64,000 nt of DNA from the NCBI GenBank assembly GCA_030682655.1, contig JAUXNU010000112.1, positions 2,175 through 66,174 on the forward strand, given 5' to 3'. A program made the position numbers and the translations under genes. The stretch's first letter is position 1; each line of letters starts with the position of its first letter. Below, one piece after another: positions 8,244-16,753 of this stretch. The notes under the pieces were generated by a model that worked only from the letters and a program-made list of their open reading frames with translations, ran no database searches and was not told the DNA's origin. This stretch comes from Actinomycetota bacterium (GTDB lineage: Bacteria > Actinomycetota > Coriobacteriia > Anaerosomatales > JAUXNU01).

Positions 8244-9464
8244 CTACTGCAGGTAGTTCATCGGATTCTCGCTCGCGTACTCGCTGCCGTTCCACACGCG
8301 CACCTCGAAGTGCAGGTGCGGACCGGTCGAGTAGCCGGTAGATCCCACTTCGGCGATGTGTTGGCCCTTGACGACCGCCCGCCCGTTCGAGACGAGGATG
8401 CCCCCGTCGAGCAGGTGGTTGTACGTGGAGACGACGCCGTCGCCGTGGTCGACCCAGACCACGTTGCCGTATCCGCCGTTCCAGCCGTAGCTGGTCTTGA
8501 TGACGGTTCCGTCACCGGAGGCCACGACATCGGCGCCCGAACTCGCACTGATGTCGATGCCGTGATGGAACTTCTTGGTTCCGAAGATGGGGTGGATGCG
8601 CCAGCCGTATGCCGAGGAGAGCGATCCTCCCGGAACGGGCCAGGCCATGACGCCGTTGTAGACACCGCCACCCTGCGAGGCCCGCATGGCCGAGGCGATC
8701 CGCGCAGCCTCGCGCTCCTCCTCCTCGGCCAGTGCTTTCATGCGGGCGGCATCCTTCTCGGCCGCCTCCATCATCGCGTTCTTCTGATTCTGAACAGCCC
8801 GCTGCTGGTTCGCAACGGCCTGGCGTGCGCCGCGCATCTCGCGGAGGTTCTTCTCGACGGTCTCTGCCTCGGCGCGTTTCGCCGAGACGGTCGAGAGATC
8901 CCGATCGAGTTCCGCCTTTGCGGTCTCGAGGTCGGTCTTGGTTGCGGCGAGACCGAGCGCGATGTCGTTGTTCGACTCGATGACCCGTTGCACGAGGGTC
9001 GTGCGGGCGATGAGGTCGCTGAAGTCCTTCGCCCCGAGGAGTAGTTCGAGGTAGAAGAAGTCGCCTTGCTTGTATGAACTCGTCATCCGGGCCTCGAGCA
9101 GCGCCTGCTGTCGCTCGAATTCCGCCTGGGTGGCGGAGATGGCAGCCTCCTTGGCACCGATGTTCGCGCGTAGCTGCGCCACCTCGGCGCGGAGGCGCGA
9201 TGTGCGCGCAGAGGCGTCGGCGATCTGCGGGTCGAGCTTGGAGACCTCGGCCTGGAGACCGGAGATCTTCTCGTCGAGAGCTCTCGTCTCGGCCGCCAGC
9301 TTGTCGGCGAGGTCCTCGGCTTGCTGTTGCGCCTTGCGTGCGTCGATAGCGCGCTGTCTGGCGGCGTCGAGTTCGGCCTGGGTGGCAGCACCGGACATGG
9401 CGATGCCGGAGAAGACCATGATGATGGCGAGGAGGATCGAAAGATATGCGCGGCAACGTCTCAT
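8244..9464 (-). CDS. Secreted M23 (LytM-type) peptidoglycan endopeptidase with long N-terminal coiled coil (EnvC-like architecture)
   Basis: Signal/TM segment (ILLAIIMVFSGIAMSGA), about 250 aa of heptad-rich sequence, C-terminal HHGIDI...GSTGYSTGPHLHFEV. ATG 9464 is preceded by GGAGGA. Confidence 0.8.
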   Translation of the reverse strand: MRRCRAYLSILLAIIMVFSGIAMSGAATQAELDAARQRAIDARKAQQQAEDLADKLAAETRALDEKISGLQAEVSKLDPQIADASARTSRLRAEVAQLRANIGAKEAAISATQAEFERQQALLEARMTSSYKQGDFFYLELLLGAKDFSDLIARTTLVQRVIESNNDIALGLAATKTDLETAKAELDRDLSTVSAKRAEAETVEKNLREMRGARQAVANQQRAVQNQKNAMMEAAEKDAARMKALAEEEEREAARIASAMRASQGGGVYNGVMAWPVPGGSLSSAYGWRIHPIFGTKKFHHGIDISASSGADVVASGDGTVIKTSYGWNGGYGNVVWVDHGDGVVSTYNHLLDGGILVSNGRAVVKGQHIAEVGSTGYSTGPHLHFEVRVWNGSEYASENPMNYLQ

Positions 9465-9536
9465 GCTGTGGTTCCTCCGGACAGCGCAAGCTGCGATGTT
9501 GGGTTTAATGCCGCCGGAAGGCGCAGTTCCGTTCCC

Positions 9537-9565
9537 ATGGTAGCAGCGAGAAGGGGTATATTCAA
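9537..9565 (-). promoter_or_regulatory. Putative promoter of the M23 peptidase gene
   Basis: On the minus strand: TTGAAT (9565-9560), 17-nt spacer, TACCAT (9542-9537). Confidence 0.35.
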
Positions 9566-9618
9566 CGTGGGAAGAGGAAGCCTCTCCCAACGGTCTTGCT
9601 GAAGACAAGGAAAGGAAG

Positions 9619-9978
9619 ATGTCCCAGATGGACGACAACATGGGCACTCCCGATGTGACGACAGATCGTCCCGGTCCCGTGAACGACACCAGCAAGTTGC
9701 TCGCTGCGCTCGGCTACGTGATCTGGCCGGTGGCTCTCGTCGCTATCCTTATCGATCCGTACAAGGACGAGAAGTTCGTGAAGTTCCACGCTGTCCAGGC
9801 GCTTGGTCTCAACCTCGTGATCTACGTGCTGTCAGCTGTCACGACACCGGTATTCGGACTCGGTATCGTTGTTGGAATCGTGGGGTTCATCTACAGCATC
9901 ATTCTTGCCGTGAAGGCATACAGCGGCGAGAGCACCGAAGTGCCGGTCATCTACGGTCTGGTCAAGAACTACATCTAG
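9619..9978 (+). CDS. Small integral membrane protein, DUF4870-like
   Basis: LGYVIWPVALVAILI..KFVKFHAVQAL pattern and 3 predicted TM helices. Confidence 0.55.
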   Translation: MSQMDDNMGTPDVTTDRPGPVNDTSKLLAALGYVIWPVALVAILIDPYKDEKFVKFHAVQALGLNLVIYVLSAVTTPVFGLGIVVGIVGFIYSIILAVKAYSGESTEVPVIYGLVKNYI

Positions 9979-9998
9979 CATTGCTCGTACGGTTGTGA

Positions 9999-11063
9999 TC
10001 AGGGCTTCTCGGAGCCTGAGCCCTCAGTGATCGAGAACGACGCACCTTCGGGGGCGGGCACGGTTTGTGCCCGCCCTTCGCTGTCCACGAGAAACAGCGC
10101 CAGCCCGCTCTCGAGCGCGTAGGCAGGCGCGCCGTCGGGCCCCGCGACGAACAGCGCGGTCGAAAGGATGTCCGATTCGACCCCGCTTGATGCGCCGATC
10201 ACGGTCAAAGACCGAAGCCCGGACGCGGGGAGGCCGGTCGCGGGATCGAGAATGTGGTGGTACCGCACGCCGTCTCGCTCGAAGTACTGCTGGTAGTCAC
10301 CTGACGTTGAGACCGTGAACGGTCCGGTTCCGCGTGCGACCGCCACGACCGAACTCGTGTCGCGAGGATCCTCGATTCCGACCTGCCACTGCGACCCGTC
10401 GGGCTTGCTGCCCATCGTTACCGTCGTGCTGCCGCTCGTCAGGATCGCGGCATCCACGGCTCCGCTGCTTGCGAGCGTACGGAGCGCCTCGTCAAGCGCC
10501 AGCCCCTTCGAGGCCCCGCCGAAATCGAGCGACGGCGGCGGCACGGTGCCCGCCTTGCCCAGCCCGAACGGCTTCAGGTAGATGTTCCGGCCGCGGCGCT
10601 CGAGGCGCGGCTCCAGCACTGCATCGAGCTCCGCCGCGGTGGGCACGTGTCCCGAACCCCCGAAATCGTAGAGACCCACTGCTGCACCGATGGTGACCGA
10701 GAACTGTTCCGAGACACCCAGACGTTCGACGCTGTTCAGGATCTCCAGCGAGTACGGGGGCAGGGGTGCCCGTATCGCGTTCTTGGCAAGGTACGCATTG
10801 GCGGCTGAGATGGCCGAGGACGCGTCGTAGCTGTCGAGTTGGCCCGCGACACGGTCCATGGCGTCAAAAGCCGCGTCGACGGCGTCCCCCACGGCTACGC
10901 GGTCCTCGCCGTAGGCGGTGACGGTCACTACCGTGCCGAGTTTCTCCCGGGCATCCACGACCGGATCGTTGCGGTCGCACCCGGCTAGCGCGAGCGATGA
11001 TGCACACAGCGCGGCTACCAGCGACACGGTCCCAAGGACCGAAAGTGCGGCCTTTCTTTCCAC
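9999..11063 (-). CDS. apbE: FAD:protein FMN transferase (ApbE family lipoprotein)
   Basis: Lipobox LALAGC. ApbE motifs GGASKGLALD, TSGDYQQYFERDGVRYHHILDPATGLP. GTG 11063 is preceded by GGAGG. Confidence 0.85.
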   Translation of the reverse strand: MERKAALSVLGTVSLVAALCASSLALAGCDRNDPVVDAREKLGTVVTVTAYGEDRVAVGDAVDAAFDAMDRVAGQLDSYDASSAISAANAYLAKNAIRAPLPPYSLEILNSVERLGVSEQFSVTIGAAVGLYDFGGSGHVPTAAELDAVLEPRLERRGRNIYLKPFGLGKAGTVPPPSLDFGGASKGLALDEALRTLASSGAVDAAILTSGSTTVTMGSKPDGSQWQVGIEDPRDTSSVVAVARGTGPFTVSTSGDYQQYFERDGVRYHHILDPATGLPASGLRSLTVIGASSGVESDILSTALFVAGPDGAPAYALESGLALFLVDSEGRAQTVPAPEGASFSITEGSGSEKP

Positions 11064-11166
11064 GGTGCCTCCAGCGATTGCCTGATGGGCGGGGCTTAGT
11101 ATACTTGTCCGACGCGTCACTGTGGAACGCGTTGGCGCATGCAGCCACTTGGTCGCGGGAGGCCGG

Positions 11167-12006
11167 ATGTTCCCGATCGTGCACACACGACAGCTCTCGG
11201 AGTCTGTCTTTGAAATGGGTGTCGAGGCTCCCCGGATCGCACGCAAGGTGCGGGCGGGGCAGTTTCTGATGCTGCGCGTCGACGATGCGGGCGAGCGCAT
11301 CCCGCTCACCTTCAGCGACTGGTCTGCCGAGGAGGGCTGGGTCCGCTTCATCTTCATGCGCGTCGGCAAGACGACGCACAAGCTCTCTCACCTCGGCGTC
11401 GGGGATTCGCTTGCGGATGTCGTGGGGCCCCTTGGCAAGCCCACCGAGGTGGAGGGGCTCGGTCGCGTCGCTGTTGTCGGCGGAGGTGTCGGTGCCGCCG
11501 TTGCGTATCCGGTTGCGCGGGCGATGGCGGAGGCGGGCTCGCAGGTCACGGTGATCCTTGGCGCGCGGGCCGAGGAGCTGCTCATCCTGCGCGACGAGTT
11601 CACGGCGATTCCGGGCGTGGAGCTCGTCGTGACCACCGATGATGGCTCGGCAGGTCGCAAGGGGCTTGTGACCGCGCCGCTCAAGGAACTCTGCGAGGCC
11701 AAGGCGATCGACCACGCGATGGCCATCGGACCCGCGATCATGATGAAGTTCTGCGCCGAGACGACCCGCGAGTACAAGGTGCCCACCACCGTGTCGCTCA
11801 ACCCGATCATGGTCGACGGCACGGGGATGTGCGGCGCGTGCCGGGTGAGCGTGGGCGGCGTGACCCGGTTCGGGTGCGTCGACGGGCCCGATTTCGACGG
11901 GCATGCCGTCGACTTCGAAGAGCTCCTGAGCAGGCAACGCGTCTATGTCGATGACGAAAGGCTCGCCGATTCCGAGTACTCCAAGGAGTGCTCATGCCAC
12001 AAGTAG
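11167..12006 (+). CDS. nfnA: NfnA/SudB/PyrK-like FAD + [2Fe-2S] electron-transfer subunit
   Basis: FNR-like fold start (AGQFLMLRV..ERIPLTF) and C-terminal cysteine cluster CGACRV..GCVDGP. Paired with a GltD-like subunit. Confidence 0.75.
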   Translation: MFPIVHTRQLSESVFEMGVEAPRIARKVRAGQFLMLRVDDAGERIPLTFSDWSAEEGWVRFIFMRVGKTTHKLSHLGVGDSLADVVGPLGKPTEVEGLGRVAVVGGGVGAAVAYPVARAMAEAGSQVTVILGARAEELLILRDEFTAIPGVELVVTTDDGSAGRKGLVTAPLKELCEAKAIDHAMAIGPAIMMKFCAETTREYKVPTTVSLNPIMVDGTGMCGACRVSVGGVTRFGCVDGPDFDGHAVDFEELLSRQRVYVDDERLADSEYSKECSCHK

Positions 12007-13451
12007 ACGACATGCACCCCGACACTTCCGGCGAAACGGGCCCCGAGAAGCCGCGCCACAAGCCCTCGCGCGGGCCGCGCACGGCGATGCCGGAGCGTCC
12101 AGCCGCCGAGCGCGCGCAGGACTTCGATGAGGTCGCGCTCGGCTACACGGAAGAGCAGGCCGTTGCCGAGGCGATGCGCTGCCTACAATGCAAGAACCCG
12201 ACCTGCCAGCAGGGCTGTCCGGTCAACATCGACATCAAGGCCTTCATCGGCCACATGATCGACGGCAACTACGCCGACGGCGTGTCCGTGCTCAAGGAGC
12301 GCAACGCGTTGCCCGCGGTGTGCGGCCGTGTGTGCCCGCAGGAGGAGCAGTGCGAGATCGCGTGCGTTCTCGCCAAGAAGGGCGACCCGGTCGCGATTGG
12401 ACGGCTCGAGCGCTGGCTCGGCGACTTCGACCTCGCGTGCGACCTCGAGCACCGGTGTGTCCCGGTCGTTGGTGAGCCCACGGGCAAGCGAGCCGCCGTG
12501 ATCGGCTCCGGACCGGCAGGCCTGGCGTGCGCGGGGGAGCTGGCTCGCCTTGGCCACGGGGTGACGATCTTCGAATCGCTACATGCGCCCGGGGGAGTGC
12601 TCACCTACGGCATCCCGGAGTTCCGGCTGCCGATGCACGTTGTCGGCGTCGAGATCGACATGCTCTCGCAGATGGGCGTCGAGATCGTCACCGACATGGT
12701 CGTTGGCGCCACGGTCACCATCGACGAACTCCTGGCCGAGGAGGGCTTCGACAGCGTATTCATCGGCAGCGGGGCGGGTCTGCCGGTATTCATGGGAATT
12801 CCCGGCGAGAACCTGGGCGGCGTCTACTCGGCCAACGAGTTCCTCACGCGCGTCAACCTGATGCGCGCCTACGAGTTCCCGCGCGCCGACACACCTGTGT
12901 GGCGCGGTCGCAAGGTGGCGGTTGTCGGCGGCGGCAACGTCGCGATGGACTCCGCGCGTACCGCATTGCGGCTTGGGGCGGACGAGGTGTTCTTGGCGTA
13001 CCGGCGTACCGATGAGGAGATGCCGGCTCGTCGCGAAGAGGTCCACCACGCCCGCGAGGAGGGCGTCCAGTTCAAGATGTTGTGTTCGCCGGTGGAGATC
13101 ACGGGCCACGACGGCTGGGTGACCGGTATGGTCGCGACGCGGATGGAGCTAGGGGAGCCGGATTCGAGCGGTCGGCGCGCACCGGTGTGCGTGATGGGGT
13201 CGGAGTTCGTGATCGATTGCGACACCGTGATCATCGCGGTGGGGACCCGGGCTAACCCCCTTCTCAGCAAGGCGGCTCCGAACCTCGAGCTGACGAGCCG
13301 GGGATACGTGCTCGCAGATGATGACGGGGCAACGAGCATCCCGGGCGTGTGGGCTGGAGGCGACATCGTGACGGGGTCGGCGACCGTCATTCTGGCGATG
13401 GGGGCTGGCAAACAGGCTGCGCGCGCGATGGACCGCTACATGCGCGGCTAG
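11994..13451 (+). CDS. nfnB: NfnB / glutamate synthase small-subunit-like NADPH oxidoreductase
   Basis: Two Fe-S motifs (CLQCKNPTCQQGCPV, CGRVCPQEEQCEIAC). Dinucleotide folds VIGSGPAGLACAGELA and VVGGGNVAMD. ATG 11994 follows AAGGAG and overlaps the nfnA end. Confidence 0.85.
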   Translation: MPQVDDMHPDTSGETGPEKPRHKPSRGPRTAMPERPAAERAQDFDEVALGYTEEQAVAEAMRCLQCKNPTCQQGCPVNIDIKAFIGHMIDGNYADGVSVLKERNALPAVCGRVCPQEEQCEIACVLAKKGDPVAIGRLERWLGDFDLACDLEHRCVPVVGEPTGKRAAVIGSGPAGLACAGELARLGHGVTIFESLHAPGGVLTYGIPEFRLPMHVVGVEIDMLSQMGVEIVTDMVVGATVTIDELLAEEGFDSVFIGSGAGLPVFMGIPGENLGGVYSANEFLTRVNLMRAYEFPRADTPVWRGRKVAVVGGGNVAMDSARTALRLGADEVFLAYRRTDEEMPARREEVHHAREEGVQFKMLCSPVEITGHDGWVTGMVATRMELGEPDSSGRRAPVCVMGSEFVIDCDTVIIAVGTRANPLLSKAAPNLELTSRGYVLADDDGATSIPGVWAGGDIVTGSATVILAMGAGKQAARAMDRYMRG

Positions 13452-13931
13452 GCTGCGTTGCGCTTGCCAGCGGTGTAGTTGGCCGGAGTGCGGTCAACTC
13501 GACGAAGAGCTGGTGATTGGCGCGCAACCCCTGTGCGGATACGGATGGAGCGGTCTGGCGGAATGGCGATCTCATTTCGAACGAACCGTCCCGCGGCTCG
13601 TTCGGTGAGCAGCAACATGCAAACGTAGCCCACAGAGAATGTGCCGTAGACAACTACGTCGATGAGAGCCATGATCGCTGTTCGCTCCTTCAGTGTGGGT
13701 TGCCGTTCAGCCTTACTATCGAACCGTTGGTCGCATCAACATGAGGATAACGCGACAGACGGATACCTTGTGTACCCGCCATCACACCGTTGAGCTGTTC
13801 GGAAGACGGGCTACACGCCGTTAAGAACCCGCTGCAGCCTTTGGGCGCCAACGCAGCAGTCACCGCCCGTTGCGCACCCCAAGGTGCTCTCTCATCGGCC
13901 GACGGGGTATACTGAGAGGCATAATGCAAGG

Positions 13932-14726
13932 ATGAACGGCGCTATGCGTCGTTTGGCGACCGCGGGGATGGTGCCAGTGGCGACCGAAGCTGCGAACGTG
14001 CTGGTCATCGACGACGACGAGTCCATCGTCGAGATGATCAAGATGGGGCTCGAGGCCGACGGCATGAAGGTCCACAGCGCCGGCGACGGAGCCGAGGGGA
14101 TCGAAGTCCTGAACCGCGAGCTTGTCGATGTCGTTGTTCTCGATATCATGATGCCCCGCGTGGACGGCTGGATGGCCCTCATGGAGATTCGCAACAATCC
14201 CATGACGGCCGACCTTCCCGTGATCATGCTGACGGCCAAGACCCAGGACCTCGCGAAGATCCTTGCGTTCAAGCAGGGCGTCCAGCAGTACGTCACCAAG
14301 CCGTTCAACATCCTCGAGCTCTCCGCGCGCGTGGAAAGTCTCGTCAAGGGTCGCCGCCGCATGATGGGCGAGTCGGTCAGCGCGGGCGAAGCGGACTTCC
14401 GCAAGCTCGCCGTCCGCAAGGGTGGCAGGACCGTCCTGCTCACGATCGACGACATCGTCATCATCTCGGCGCGCAACAAGTCCACCTACGCACACACATA
14501 CGAGAACCAGTATCTCGTTGACCTCACCCTCGGCGAGCTTGAAGGCAGGCTGGCCAAGGAATCCTTCGTTCGCGTTCACCGCAGCTACATGATCAACCTG
14601 AACAAGATCAAGGAGATCCTGCGAGTCGACGGTCAGTACGTCGTGGTCGTGTCCGATCGCGACGAGACCCACGTTCCGGTCGCGCGACGCCAGGTGCGCG
14701 CGTTCCGCGAGGCGGTGGGTATCTGA
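13932..14726 (+). CDS. Response regulator, receiver + LytTR DNA-binding domain
   Basis: Receiver residues DDD, VVVLDIMMP, MLTAK, YVTKPF. C-terminal LytTR signature (FVRVHRSYMINLNKIKEI). No cognate kinase is adjacent. Confidence 0.85.
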   Translation: MNGAMRRLATAGMVPVATEAANVLVIDDDESIVEMIKMGLEADGMKVHSAGDGAEGIEVLNRELVDVVVLDIMMPRVDGWMALMEIRNNPMTADLPVIMLTAKTQDLAKILAFKQGVQQYVTKPFNILELSARVESLVKGRRRMMGESVSAGEADFRKLAVRKGGRTVLLTIDDIVIISARNKSTYAHTYENQYLVDLTLGELEGRLAKESFVRVHRSYMINLNKIKEILRVDGQYVVVVSDRDETHVPVARRQVRAFREAVGI

Positions 14727-15874
14727 TGCTTCGACCGTCTGTACGCCGCCGGGTCCTACTGGCGGGGCTGCTCGCTTTCGCCGTGCTCATTGGCGTGCCG
14801 GCCAGTTCGTACGCCGTCAAGACCCTCGCGCTGTCCACGGCCTCGTTCAAGTTCGAGGTTGCAGGCGGCAAGACGGTGGGCGGCGTGGTCAAGGTGGCCA
14901 ACGACGGCGATGAGCCCATCAAGGTGCTCGTCTACGCGGCGAACCAGGAAGTGGACGAGCAGGGCAACGTCACCTACGTCGCTCCCAACAGGGCGGACCT
15001 GTCGTCGATGGCGAGCCCCGCCACGTGGGCGAAGGTCACGATGCCGGCCGACAGCAAGTCGGCGGGCAACATCCCCTACATCGAGATCGAGCCGGGCGAA
15101 GAGATCCCCATCAAGTTCAGCTTCACGCCACCCCAGGGCGTGGCACCCGGCGATCACAACGCCATGTTGTTCTTTGAGATGTTCGATTTCCCGGAGGGTG
15201 GGGACACGTCGCAGTCGCAGGTCACGGGGCGGCTCGGGGCTCGGGTGAGACTGCGTGTCGCGGGGGACATCGTGGAGCAGATGGAGGTCCGGCCATTCGA
15301 GCTTCCGTCGTTCGTCGTGGGTGACTCGATACCGTACTCGTTCTCCCTGCGCAACTTCGGCAACGTCGATCAGCGGATGACCGCTGATGTTCTGCTGCTC
15401 AACCGGGCGGGCGAGGAAATTGGACGGCAGACCGCCATAGCTTCGAAACTCGTCTTCGCCGATGAGAGCCTCGCGGCGACGGGGACAATCTCCCCTCCCA
15501 GCCCCCTTGGGCACTTCACCGCGCAGGTGCTCGCCGCAGCTGTGGACGACGATGGAGTACCGATCCCCGGAAAGCAGACGCTCGTGAAGGAGCTTTCCGC
15601 ATGGATCGTACCGCTGTGGTTGGTGGCCGCCGCGGGTGTAATCGCGGGACTGCTTGTTCTCGGGCTCATCTGGTGGCTCGCGGGGCGCAGTGCTGTCCGC
15701 CGGAGCCGGAAACGCGATGATACGGATGCCGATCCCGGGCGCAGGAACTCGCGTTCGAGCAAGCGCCAGGAGTCCGATGAGCGCAGGGCTGCTCGAGAAG
15801 CACGGCAGCGTGGGAGCGAAGGCGAAACGCCGGAGCCCACAGGCAAGGACGGCGAGTCCGAGTACGGGGACTGA
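14726..15874 (+). CDS. Cell-surface protein, DUF916/DUF3324-like (CscA-like) with C-terminal TM anchor and charged tail
   Basis: Signal peptide ending SSYA|VKTL. Two beta-rich domains (FKFEVAGGKTVGGVVKVANDGDEPIKVLVYAANQEVDEQGNVTY; SFSLRNFGNVDQRMTADVLLL). TM helix WLVAAAGVIAGLLVLGLIWWL followed by an R/K/D/E-rich tail. ATG overlaps the regulator stop (TGATG). The family call is by architecture and motif only. Confidence 0.5.
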   Translation: MLRPSVRRRVLLAGLLAFAVLIGVPASSYAVKTLALSTASFKFEVAGGKTVGGVVKVANDGDEPIKVLVYAANQEVDEQGNVTYVAPNRADLSSMASPATWAKVTMPADSKSAGNIPYIEIEPGEEIPIKFSFTPPQGVAPGDHNAMLFFEMFDFPEGGDTSQSQVTGRLGARVRLRVAGDIVEQMEVRPFELPSFVVGDSIPYSFSLRNFGNVDQRMTADVLLLNRAGEEIGRQTAIASKLVFADESLAATGTISPPSPLGHFTAQVLAAAVDDDGVPIPGKQTLVKELSAWIVPLWLVAAAGVIAGLLVLGLIWWLAGRSAVRRSRKRDDTDADPGRRNSRSSKRQESDERRAAREARQRGSEGETPEPTGKDGESEYGD

Positions 15875-15950
15875 CGCATTGGGAAGTCCCGGGCTACGGA
15901 GCCGCGCACGGTAGGTCGCGTGCGCGTGGGTGCGACGCGAGTGAACGCAA

Positions 15951-15980
15951 AGAAGCCCCCGGCGTGTGCCGGGGGCTTCT
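15951..15980. terminator. Bidirectional GC-rich hairpin between convergent genes
   Basis: AGAAGCCCCCGGC-GTGT-GCCGGGGGCTTCT, a perfect 13-bp stem. No strong U tract. Confidence 0.55.
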
Positions 15981-16008
15981 CCTTGAGCTTAAGCTTGATG
16001 TGAGCGTT

Positions 16009-16488
16009 CTAGTTCTGGGTGACGGTGTAGGTGACCGTGTCGACGTAGGTGCCGGGGTTGACGGTCCACGCGACGGCCGGAATGTCGTAGCTATCCGTGA
16101 AGGAGACGTTCTGGCCCTTGGCGCCAGTGGCAACGCCCAAGCCAGGAGCGTAGCTCATCGTCATGCCGAAGACTGTGACGAGATCGTTGCCAGCCACGGC
16201 CTTGTCGATGGCGAACGCCTTGTTCGAGGACACGAGGATACCGACTGCCTTCGCGGCGGGATCGTCGCCAGGGTTCAGCGAACCGAAGTCGAGCGTCTGG
16301 GCCGCGTCCGGAGTCGTGAGCGACAGCGTCAGTTTGGGGTTGACGACTGCGCGGACGGTGACGCTTCCAGATGCGGACTGGTTCGGTGCGCCGGCGCCAG
16401 GATAGACGACCGTGTCTGCGGTGGCATACGCAACGAGGCCAAATACGACGGCGACGATGAGGATGCTTACTACGACTAGCTTCTTCAT
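16009..16488 (-). CDS. Secreted beta-rich protein, WxL-domain-like
   Basis: Signal peptide MKKLVVVSILIVAVVFGLVAYATA with GGGAGG RBS. LTLSLTTPDAAQTLDFGSLNPG and C-terminal AWTVNPGTYVDTVTYTVTQN resemble the two conserved blocks of WxL-type surface proteins. Paralogous to the C-terminus of the next gene. Confidence 0.45.
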   Translation of the reverse strand: MKKLVVVSILIVAVVFGLVAYATADTVVYPGAGAPNQSASGSVTVRAVVNPKLTLSLTTPDAAQTLDFGSLNPGDDPAAKAVGILVSSNKAFAIDKAVAGNDLVTVFGMTMSYAPGLGVATGAKGQNVSFTDSYDIPAVAWTVNPGTYVDTVTYTVTQN

Positions 16489-16753
16489 TTGGTGCCTCCC
16501 TATTCCGGTCTTTCAGATGTGGGCGTTCGTCTGTCGTGTGCAGTACGTTTGCCCTGCCCTTGCAGAAGAACGCCGCGTGGTTCGCTTGGTGCTGTTTCGC
16601 GTCGTCTTCCCTTACAGTCTCTGAAATCGGCAATAGTGACGGAGAGCACAATGACGTCATGACAACAGGCATGAATGCGAGATGAACGGTAGCCGAACGG
16701 CACGGAAGAGCTGACGAGCGGAGCAAATGGGCACTTGCGGCTACGTGCGGGGG

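Noticed and set aside
8226-9044. 272-aa plus-strand ORF after pth
   Set aside because: Antisense to the M23 peptidase catalytic domain, and it has no motifs.
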